A stretch of 64,000 bases of DNA, taken from the NCBI GenBank assembly GCA_965237575.1, contig CBDEGI010000004.1, positions 3,669,963 through 3,733,962 of the forward strand. The letters are read 5' to 3'. The stretch comes from Bryobacterales bacterium. Lineage in GTDB: Bacteria > Acidobacteriota > Terriglobia > Bryobacterales > UBA6623. How positions within the stretch are numbered: position 1 is the first letter of the stretch; the number at the start of each line of letters is the position of its first letter. Shown in pieces: positions 44,158-52,741 of the stretch. The position numbers and the translations under genes are program-made. The notes beneath the pieces are model-generated. The model did no database searches. It saw only the letters and a list, made by a program, of their open reading frames with translations, and was not told where the DNA came from.

Positions 44158-46449
44158 TCAACCCTGTTTTTGCCAGATCGCTTCCATCACCGCGACGGGA
44201 TTCATGGGCAGCCGGTCCATCCGGACCCCAATCGCATCGTGGATCGCGTTGGCGAGGGCGGCGGGAGGCGGAATAATATTGGCCTCCCCGACGCCGCGCG
44301 CTCCAAAGGGGTGCCCCGGGTTGGGCACTTCGATGATCACCGTGTCAATCATCGGCAGGTCAAGCGACGTGGGCATGCGATAGTCGAGCAGCGAGGAGTT
44401 GACCATCGCGCCGTCCTTGCTCATGTAGTACTCCTCGTTCAGCGCCCAGCCGATACCCTGCACGCTGCCGCCTTGCATCTGCCCCTCGACGTAGCTGGGG
44501 TGGATGGCCTTCCCGGCATCCTGAAAGGCTGTGAAGCGCAGGATCGTGACCTTGCCGGTTTCGGGATCGACTTCGACATCGACAAGGTTACCCGAGAAGG
44601 AGCCCCCGACACCGGGCGGATTGACCGCCGCGCGGCCCACGACCGGCCCGCCGGTGGAACCGAGTTTGGCGGCCAGATCCTTGAACGTCAGCTTGTTGTC
44701 CGTCCCGTTCTTCGAAACAAAAACACCCTTGTCGCAAGCAACAGCGCCGGCATCCACGTCCCAGATCTTCGCGGCGCGTTCGACCATCTGCTGCTGCACG
44801 TCTTCCGCCGCGCGGATCGCGGCCAGACCCGTCGCGAAGGCCGTGCGGCTACCACCCGTCACGGCTGTAAAGCCGACGGAGTCGGTATCGACGACACTCG
44901 GGTGGACATCCTCGGCAGGAATGCCCAGCACCTCGGCCGCCTGCATGGCTACGGCCGTTCGTGTTCCGCCAATGTCCGGCGAACCCTCGACCAAACTGAC
45001 CGTGCCGTCGGACGTGACGGCCATACTGCAGCTTGAATCCAGACCGCAGTTGAACCAGAACCCGATCGCCAGGCCACGCCCGCGGTTGGGGCCTTCGAGC
45101 GGCGCCTTGTAGTGCGGATGGTTCTTCATCGCTTCCAGTAATTCGACGCAACCGATGCGCGGGTACTTGGGACCGTCCGCGCGGCGCGTGCCTTCCTTGG
45201 CGGCGTTTTTGAGCCGCAGCTCGATTGGGTCCATGCCGAGTTTCTCGGCGATCTCATCGACGAGGGTTTCGGTGGCGAACGCGGCGTTGGTGGCACCCGG
45301 TGCGCGGTAAGCCGCCGTACTCGGCTTGTTGACCACCACGTCGTAGCCATCGATGGTCACGTTGGGGATGTCGTAGGCGGCGAAAACGCACATGGAGCCG
45401 GGCACCACCATCGCGCCCGGATACGCGCCGGCTTCGTAAGCCAAGGAAGCTTGCGCCGCCACGATGCGGCCGTCTTTCTTGACGCCGATCTTGACCTTGA
45501 TACGCGAGCCCGGCGTTGGACCGCTGGCTTCGAACACATCGGCGCGGGTCATCACGATCTTGACCGGATGGCCGCTTTTCTTCGACAGCAGCGCGGCGAC
45601 CGGCTCCAGATACACCGGGATCTTGCCGCCGAAGCCGCCGCCGATTTCCATCGGCTTGACCCACACCTGCGACACCGGCAGACCCAGAACCGCGGCCGTC
45701 GCGTCCCGCACGACAAACGCACCCTGCGTGCTGCACCAAACGAGCACGCGACCGTCGTTGTTCCACAGGACCGTGGCGTTATGCGGCTCGATGTAGCCCT
45801 GGTGGACCGTGGCGGTATCGAACTCATGCTCCACGGTGAGGTCGGCCTCGGCGAAGCCCTTCTCGCTGTCACCAAGCTTGTGCCGGAAATGGTCGGCGAC
45901 ATTGCTGACCCGATCGGTTTGCTTGCCCAGCTCCTTCGCTGTGAGGTCTTCGTGCAAGATCGGCGCACCCTCCCGCATGGCCTCGGGCGCCGTGAGCACG
46001 GCCGGCAATGGTTCGTAGTCCACATCGATGAGCTTCAACGCCTCCTCGGCGTCGTGCAGACTGGCGGCCACTACCCCTGCCACGGCATGGCCTTTGTAGA
46101 GCACTTTGTCGCTGGCGAGGACGTTGTCGCGTATGTACTTCAATCGAGTGAGCCCCTCTCCGAGATCGACCGTCTTGTCGGCTGGGTCGGGGAGGTCGTG
46201 GTACGTCACGACGGCGCGCACTTGGGGCAGGGCCTCGGCCTTGCTGGTATCGATCGACCTGACGCGGGCGTGGGCATGCGGGCTGCGCAGAATCGCACCG
46301 TAAAGCAGCCCCGCCATAGTAAAGTCGGCGCCGTAGAGAGCGCGCCCGGTTACCTTGTCGGCGCCGTCGTGGCGGACGGGCCGCGTGCCGACCACGTCGT
46401 AGGTCTCGGTCGCGAGGACCATGTTCGGTTCGTAATCTTGGGTGCTCAT
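44158..46449 (-). CDS. Molybdopterin-binding large subunit of a xanthine dehydrogenase/CO dehydrogenase-family hydroxylase
   Basis: ORF 44158..46524. The ATG at 46449 (MSTQDYEPN...) overlaps the small-subunit stop (ATGA). VGTRPVRHDGADKVTGRALYGADF...GGGFGGK. Confidence 0.85.
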   Translation of the reverse strand: MSTQDYEPNMVLATETYDVVGTRPVRHDGADKVTGRALYGADFTMAGLLYGAILRSPHAHARVRSIDTSKAEALPQVRAVVTYHDLPDPADKTVDLGEGLTRLKYIRDNVLASDKVLYKGHAVAGVVAASLHDAEEALKLIDVDYEPLPAVLTAPEAMREGAPILHEDLTAKELGKQTDRVSNVADHFRHKLGDSEKGFAEADLTVEHEFDTATVHQGYIEPHNATVLWNNDGRVLVWCSTQGAFVVRDATAAVLGLPVSQVWVKPMEIGGGFGGKIPVYLEPVAALLSKKSGHPVKIVMTRADVFEASGPTPGSRIKVKIGVKKDGRIVAAQASLAYEAGAYPGAMVVPGSMCVFAAYDIPNVTIDGYDVVVNKPSTAAYRAPGATNAAFATETLVDEIAEKLGMDPIELRLKNAAKEGTRRADGPKYPRIGCVELLEAMKNHPHYKAPLEGPNRGRGLAIGFWFNCGLDSSCSMAVTSDGTVSLVEGSPDIGGTRTAVAMQAAEVLGIPAEDVHPSVVDTDSVGFTAVTGGSRTAFATGLAAIRAAEDVQQQMVERAAKIWDVDAGAVACDKGVFVSKNGTDNKLTFKDLAAKLGSTGGPVVGRAAVNPPGVGGSFSGNLVDVEVDPETGKVTILRFTAFQDAGKAIHPSYVEGQMQGGSVQGIGWALNEEYYMSKDGAMVNSSLLDYRMPTSLDLPMIDTVIIEVPNPGHPFGARGVGEANIIPPPAALANAIHDAIGVRMDRLPMNPVAVMEAIWQKQG

Positions 46450-46931
46450 GCTTTCGCCTCCTGTAGGCGGCTTGCCGCCTCTTGCACCGAACGCACGATT
46501 TTGTCGTAGCCCGTACAGCGGCACAGGTTATTGGCCAACCAAAGTCGGATCTTGTCTTCCGAGGGGTTGGGGTCTTCGTCGAGCAGGGCCTTGGCGGCCA
46601 CGATGAATCCCGGTGTGCAGACGCCGCACTGCAACGCCGCCCCCTCGAGGAAGCACTGCTGCAGCGGGTGCATCTCGCTGCCGATGGCGATTCCCTCGAT
46701 GGTGGTGATCTCCTTACCGTCCGCTTCGACACCCAACACCAGACACGACGTTACGATGCGCCCGTCGAACATCACGGTGCAGGCGCCGCAATTGCCGTCG
46801 TTGCAGCCTTCCTTGGTGCCGGTCAGGCCCAGAGTGTCGCGTAAACACTCGAGCAGGCTCTCGCGCGGCTCGCAGAGAAAGTCCACCTCCTCGCCATTGA
46901 TCGTCGTGTGGACTTGGACTTTTCGCGACAT
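46446..46931 (-). CDS. (2Fe-2S)-binding small subunit (CoxS-like)
   Basis: GTKEGCNDGNCGACTV...CLVL and ALQCGVCTPGFI...NLCRCTGY. Confidence 0.9.
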   Translation of the reverse strand: MSRKVQVHTTINGEEVDFLCEPRESLLECLRDTLGLTGTKEGCNDGNCGACTVMFDGRIVTSCLVLGVEADGKEITTIEGIAIGSEMHPLQQCFLEGAALQCGVCTPGFIVAAKALLDEDPNPSEDKIRLWLANNLCRCTGYDKIVRSVQEAASRLQEAKA

Positions 46932-47804
46932 CTACTGCGCCCCCTTGGCTCGCTCGATGGCGACGTTCAGTGCGCGGCGCGTGAGCACCTCGCACAAGTG
47001 TTTCCGGTACTCGACCGTCCCGCGCATGTCGGTGATCGGCTTGGCGGCAGCTTTGGCCGCCTCGGCGGCCCGCTGGACGCTCTCGGCGTTGGCGGGCTGC
47101 CCGGCCAGGGCATCGCCGGCTTCCTTGACGAACAATGGAATCGGCGCCACCGCAGCCAGAGCGACACGCGCCGACTCGACATTACCGTTATTCAACACCA
47201 CCGAGACACCCGCGCCAGCGACGGCGATGTCCATTTCGTTTCGAGGGATGAAGCGCAGGTAATGGGCTCCCGAGTGAGGCTTCGGCGCCGGTATCTGGAA
47301 GGAGACCAGCAACTCACCCGGTTGGAGGACGTTCTTTCCCGGACCCGTGCAGAAATCCTCGACCGCGACGTTGCGGCTACCGCCAGAACCTTCGATGCGG
47401 CACGTCGCTTCGAGTGCGATCAGTAGCGGCAGGGCATCCGCGCTCGGCGCCGAATTGCAGAGGTTCCCGCCCAGCGAAGCGCGGCCTTGGATCTGTGTTC
47501 CTCCGATCAAGGACGCCACGTCGATCAGGCCCGGATACGCTTGCTGGATGTCGGGGTGCTCGTAGATACGAAAACACGGCACGGCGGCTCCCAACGTCAG
47601 CCCGCTGCCGGCGTCGTAGCTTATCTGGTTCAGCTCCGGGATTTCTTTGATGTCGACGACCATGTCAGCCTCGCGCACACCGGCGCGAAGCTGCACCAAC
47701 AGGTCAGTTCCGCCAGCCAACACACGGGCCCGGTCCCCGTGCTGCGCCAATAGGTCCACGGCCTCTTTGACAGAGCCGGGACGTGCATAGTCAAACGGCT
47801 TCAA
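46932..47804 (-). CDS. FAD-binding medium subunit (CoxM-like)
   Basis: MKPFDYARPGSVKEAVDLL...LAGGTDLLVQL...IGGTQIQGRASLGGNLCNSAPSAD. Confidence 0.85.
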   Translation of the reverse strand: MKPFDYARPGSVKEAVDLLAQHGDRARVLAGGTDLLVQLRAGVREADMVVDIKEIPELNQISYDAGSGLTLGAAVPCFRIYEHPDIQQAYPGLIDVASLIGGTQIQGRASLGGNLCNSAPSADALPLLIALEATCRIEGSGGSRNVAVEDFCTGPGKNVLQPGELLVSFQIPAPKPHSGAHYLRFIPRNEMDIAVAGAGVSVVLNNGNVESARVALAAVAPIPLFVKEAGDALAGQPANAESVQRAAEAAKAAAKPITDMRGTVEYRKHLCEVLTRRALNVAIERAKGAQ

Positions 47805-48032
47805 GGGCTAGCCTCCACTGAGTAGGGACAAGCTTCGCGGCTTGTCCGCCGCTGAACGCGGCACCCAACGACGGGCGCAACCGCCCCTTGCCGGGACCGC
47901 GCGCGACCGATCTCCATACTATACCGATCGCGGGTTGCGGTTGGGTTGCGGCCGGCATCCTAACATCGCTGCCGGGAGTGGGGCTTGGTCGCGTGATTCG
48001 TGAACCATGATTCGTTGCCGCCCCAACGCCGG

Positions 48033-48435
48033 ATTGGGTTCGTCTCGGCACCTGGAGATTGGCTTTGTTGTGCACTCGGCGATTTGGGTTCGTTGTTACC
48101 CAGTGCATGATTGGCTTCGTCCTTGCCACTTTCCCGTTGGGCTCGTTTGGTTCGAAGCGTCTTGATGTGGTCGAGCGGCGAGGCCTGAGCGCGCTCGGTC
48201 GGCGGCGGGAGGACCTGAGTCGAGAAGGGTCTCGACTCGGCAAGCTGAGAGCTTGCGCCACACCGTGAATCGGGGGACGCGAGCCCCTGGCCAACACCCG
48301 ATATGAGGGAAGCAGTGGGTTCGTCCTTGCCCTTTTGCAATGGGTTCGGTGTTGTCCTTTTGCAAGTGGGTTCGTCCTTGTCCTTTGCGTGATTGGGTTC
48401 GTGTTTGACCCGTTGACTTTGGGTTTGTTCCGGCT
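48033..48435. repeat. Two clusters of degenerate tandem repeats of about 25 nt (core TGGGTTCGTCCTTGYCCTTTTGCAA) flanking a 9-bp-stem hairpin at 48217-48238
   Basis: Cluster A is at about 48033-48155 and cluster B at about 48315-48435. Each has about five units sharing the (A/G)TTGGGTTCGT core. Confidence 0.55.
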
Positions 48436-49180
48436 CGATGAGCAGTTGTGCGGGGGCCGGGGGCGCCACGGTTGGCCGCTCTTGGCCATGATCGTCCTAT
48501 ATCCACAGCGGGCCTTGGATGTGCTTTCGGCTCGGGTGGGCCCTCCAGGTGGCCGGCGGGGGCGTGGCCGGAAGGGTCGGGCGAGTGGACGGAGTCGCGC
48601 AGGCGGCTCTTCAGCGGCGGCAGGGTTCGAGAGAGATTGGTTGGGATCGGTGTCCGTGGGCTGACGCGCAACGCTGCCATGGGTGCTCTTTGCAGGGTCA
48701 CCCCTGCCTGGTTGGTCCTTGTGGTCGATGGGCCGAGGCCGATCAGTGCGTCCGGTAGGCGTGAAGGCTATCCGAGTGCGGGGCGCCGTGGCCAATGCTA
48801 GTACGATCGCGGTCAAGAGTCTCCTCGCCCTCAGTATACGGGCCGGGGGTGGGGCCGCCGGGGTGTTCGTAGGGGTAAATAACTGAAAACATGGAGGAAA
48901 TAGCTTCCGAAGATCTGTGACTGACCGTCACGGGCCTGATGACGCATCGGCGAAAAGTCGTAGCCTATCCCCCACTTTTCGCGGCGCATGGGGCCGCTCC
49001 GGGCGCTCATCGTTTCGATGAGTTTCCAGCCGGGTATTCCTTGGCGGGTTGCTCCCCAGCAGAGCCCGCCTCCGCTTCCCCGGCCGGTTATAGTATCGGA
49101 GAAAAGGACGGCGCTGGAAACCTTTTTCCAGCGAACGGCAATCTGTCCCTATTTACGCTGTCTCACGACAGGGGTGCAGC

Positions 49181-49217
49181 CCACCACTTTTCCCACTTTT
49201 CCGTCCCCCACTTTTCC
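49181..49217. repeat. Three tandem CCACTTTTC(C) motifs (a fourth at 48971-48980)
   Basis: The sequence reads ccaCCACTTTTCcCACTTTTCcgtcccCCACTTTTCc. Confidence 0.5.
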
Positions 49218-49515
49218 GAAGCGCTAGCGACGGGTGGGCAGGCGGCATCCTATTCAGGGTTCACACCATTGCCGGAGTTGTGGGCGCGAATCCGTGCGAA
49301 CCCAGGAAACCGAGCCCGGAACACAAGTGACGGGTAAATCCGCTCGTCTCGGCAGGCAATCGCGGCCGTGTGTCGGGGCACCAAGAAACAGATACCATCG
49401 TCGGACGGCCTAGACCCTGCCACTTGCAATAGCCCCCGAATCTTTCACGGCCCCTCGCGGTCACGGCTCGGTCTGGGTTGCCGCTGATGCGCTCGGAGCC
49501 CCTACATTACGCCTG

Positions 49516-51083
49516 TCACGGTGAAACAACGGTGAAACACCAAGGCCGCGTGGTGCCCTCCTCGCCGGGCCCGCGACCCGATGGAGAGCCACCTGGATCG
49601 GGATCGAAAAGTTCAATCGGCTCCGGCCCCAACATCACCGGGCCTGGGAACCCCGGAGCAGGAGCGAGGCCGACATTGACGCCGCACGAGTCATCGAGAT
49701 CGTTATCCGGCACAGGGGAGCCGGCTATTCTCCCGTTGGTGTCGTCACACTCGGTGATCATTGCCCAGTCGTAACGCCCCGGGGGGATCGAGCCAGGCGG
49801 GGCGTTAAACGAAAGCAGCGGCTCGGGAATTCCCGGGATCGGGTCTTGCTCACCGAAGTCGATATCGTGAAACACTTGCTGTATCGCCCCGGGAAGCGGC
49901 TTGCCGTCGAGGCAGTCGAAGAGCCAGATACTGGCGAGGTAGTTGCTACAGGTCGTCAGGATCTTGTGCTTCCAGATGAAATCGATGGAATCGGCGGTCG
50001 TAAAGGTGTAGAGTTCCAACTCCGGATCGGGGTCGACGGTGAGATTCGTGGTCCAGCAGTCCTGGAGGACGTTGGGGCAAGAGCCCTCGCCGCACGGGGA
50101 GAAAATCGTGGGGCAGCGGTCACAGACGTCGCCGATCGAGTCGTTGTCCCCGTCCTCCTGCAGCGGGTTGGGATCAGCCGGGCAGTTGTCGGCATCGTCG
50201 CTGATCCCGTCGATGTCCTCATCCGGCCCGGGCGGCTGGGCAATGATGACGCCGTGCGCGGCCAACATGGCCTGCTCCGGGGTCAGGCGCTTGACCTGAC
50301 CCACGCCGGGCAAGGCACACTCGTCGCCCAACGACCACACGCCGGGGGCGAAGTTGGAAGTGCCCGGGAGAGGCGGATCTGGGATGCCATCGCAGTTGCC
50401 ATCGACAATACCCCCCGGCGGAACCCGGACTACCTGGAGCAAGGGATCAGGGTTATGCACCCACCGGCCGTCGGTCGCCTGGAAGTCGATCTGAGGAGTC
50501 GGGTCGATTACGCGAACCTCAGAGTCAACCTCGCGGACGAAGATCAGCTTCGGAGTTTCGGGCAGTGTGGAGTCGAAATTTCCGCCGTTGGCGTGGGTCT
50601 TGCGAATGGTCATCGAGCCCTGCTGCTGCCCGGAGTCGGAGAGGCACACCTGGACGTCCCACAACTCCGGGTCCATCCCGCCGTTGTAGGTCACCGTGAT
50701 CGGCTGGGCGCTCTGCAGGCTGAGGGCTACAATTTCGATCGGGATGGTGTCCTGCGTTCCTACGCCCGGGAGCACCGCGCGGGGGCCAGCCGCTCCACGA
50801 TCGTGTCTGTAGGGGAGAGGGGGGGGCCGAGAAGGGTCGGAAGCGGGACTCCCTCGAACTCGATCCTGCCCACCAACGGGTCCGAGCCAGGGTCAAAAAA
50901 GCCGGCGGGGATCGCCGACTCCTGGAAGGTGGTCCCACCGCCGGGGGTGGTCCATATGTCGATCCCGGGCTGCACGTCCTGGGCCCACAGAGGCGCAACG
51001 GCAACGGCGGCCATCAGGCCCGCCGCCGTCAGCCACACTGCGGCCCGGCCTTGAAGTGTTGTGAAAGGTGTTGGATTGGTCAT
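49516..51083 (-). CDS. Secreted protein with thrombospondin type-3-like Ca-binding repeats, apparent frameshift near 50775-50785
   Basis: ORF 50760..51131 carries the signal peptide (MTNPTPFTTLQGRAAVWLTAAGLMAAVAVAPLWAQ) and continues in another frame as ORF 49516..50775. DEDIDGISDDADNCPADPNPLQEDGDNDSIGDVCDRCP. Confidence 0.65.
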
Positions 51084-51809
51084 CGTCTTTCTCCAGTCTG
51101 CTTGGCCGATACTTTCGCTTTGGGATTCCATGTCGCCACCCCACGTCCACGCAGGGTGTGAGGCTCCTTCGTGGCGGAAGAGCCCCTACGGAAGAGGCCA
51201 GCCCCGGCGCAGCCTCCGGTGAATGTGAGATCAAGGGTGACAGTCCCCGAAGGGCGGGAGCGGCCTCTTGCTGCACGACGTAGGGGCACGACCTGTCGTG
51301 CCCGCCGGCTTGGCGTGCGGCAACACCGCTGGGTGTCAGTCGGGCTGGTAGAAAAGCAGCACTTCCACCGCGGGGTGCTAGACGGGGATCTCCCAGGGAA
51401 ATCAAACGGCCGATTCGTGCGAGGCACGCGGCCGTTTTCCGCTGCGGTGATCGTCGGCGCGATCGACGTGGTACGCCTCCACTGTGCCCCACTGCGACCG
51501 CCGGCTGCCAAAGCGTTGGGATGCAGCCGCTGGCCACCGCTGCTGAGTCACATCGTCGACTTCGTGAATCTCAGTAGGCCGGTATCGAATTGAAGCCGGA
51601 AGCTCCGTAATGATACGACTTGTCCCGCCCTAAAGGCAACGAATCGGCTCCGGCCACAAATGCGGGGGTAAGGACGGCCCTGTGCGGCGCGGACGAGAAC
51701 GACGAGGCGTAGTTCGCCACGGAGAGCCCCGTCCTCCAACGAAAGAGTTGCACGTCTCAGCACCGGACACCTAAGCTAACAGATTGCGAACGAAAGGAAT
51801 CTGCCCGCC

Positions 51810-52718
51810 ATGATGACCCCCGAGGAACTCAAGAACCGGCTTGGAGGCGTGATCACGTTTCCGATCACGCCGTTCAACGACGACCTTTCGCTCAACATCG
51901 AAGGCCATCGCACGAACGTTGCCGAGATGATCGAGTTCCCGTTTTGCGCCACGGTGGCGGCTGGTGGGACGGGCGAGATGTACTCGATGACGCCCGACGA
52001 GAACTTCGAGATCATCAAGTCGACCATCGAAGAGGTCAATGGCAAGATCCCGGTGCTGGCGGGAGTGGGATTCAACCAGGTCCAGGCTGTCGAGATGGCC
52101 AAGAAGGCGGAGGAAGCGGGCGCGGACGGCATCCTTTGCTTCCCTCCGTACTACCCCAACGCCGACCGCGAGGGAATGTTGAATTACTACCGGGCGATCG
52201 GCGAGGCGACCAAGCTCGGGCTGTTCATCTATAGCCGCGATTGGGCCGCTTTCAGTGCCGGGGAGGTGTGGCGCTTATGCGAAGCGATTCCCAACTTGAT
52301 CGCCTGGAAAGAAGGACAAGCCGATCTGCGCACCTACCAGCGCATCATGGCGCGTTGCGGCGACCGCCTGCACTGGATCGGCGGTATCGGCGACGATATG
52401 GTGCCGGGCTACTATTCGATCGGCATCCGCACGTATACATCGAGCATCGCCGTCATCGCCCCGCGGCTCTCGCTGCAGCTCCACGAGCGGGCTTCGATGG
52501 TTGACTCGGCCGCCCTGTCGCGGCTGATGTCAAACTACGTCGTTCCGCTGTACGCCATCCGGCAACGGCGGAAAGGCTATGAAGTCGCGGTCATGAAGAA
52601 GGCGATGGAGATCTTGGGCAAACCCGCAGGTCCCGTCCGGCCTCCTTTGGTCGAGGTTCGGCCCGAGGAGGTCAAAGAGATCGAAGGCCTGATGGAGCGC
52701 TACAAGCCAGTGCTTTGA
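51810..52718 (+). CDS. Dihydrodipicolinate synthase family protein (5-dehydro-4-deoxyglucarate dehydratase-like)
   Basis: GVITFPITPFNDD...AAGGTGEMYSMTPDE...GADGILCFPPYY...IAWKEGQAD. Confidence 0.75.
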   Translation: MMTPEELKNRLGGVITFPITPFNDDLSLNIEGHRTNVAEMIEFPFCATVAAGGTGEMYSMTPDENFEIIKSTIEEVNGKIPVLAGVGFNQVQAVEMAKKAEEAGADGILCFPPYYPNADREGMLNYYRAIGEATKLGLFIYSRDWAAFSAGEVWRLCEAIPNLIAWKEGQADLRTYQRIMARCGDRLHWIGGIGDDMVPGYYSIGIRTYTSSIAVIAPRLSLQLHERASMVDSAALSRLMSNYVVPLYAIRQRRKGYEVAVMKKAMEILGKPAGPVRPPLVEVRPEEVKEIEGLMERYKPVL

Positions 52719-52741
52719 ATCGCCGCCCGAACCGAGGCCTC

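Noticed and set aside
43903-46509. Plus-strand ORFs 43903..45036 and 45451..46509, and minus-strand ORF 45869..46732
   Set aside because: They are antisense or out of frame relative to the Mo-hydroxylase large-subunit gene, and their composition is Arg/Gly/His-rich.
48033-48435. CRISPR array
   Set aside because: The repeats are degenerate and directly adjacent, with no unique spacers of regular length, and no cas genes are in the window.
48492-48500. Replication origin (DnaA box ATATCCACA near the iteron-like repeats)
   Set aside because: Only one near-consensus box was found. There is no dnaA, dnaN or AT-rich unwinding element nearby.
47791-48816. 341-aa minus-strand ORF across the repeat region
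   Set aside because: It is Pro/Arg/Thr-rich and low-complexity. Its apparent TNP repeats simply mirror the DNA repeat GGGTTCGT, and it overlaps the coxM-like start.
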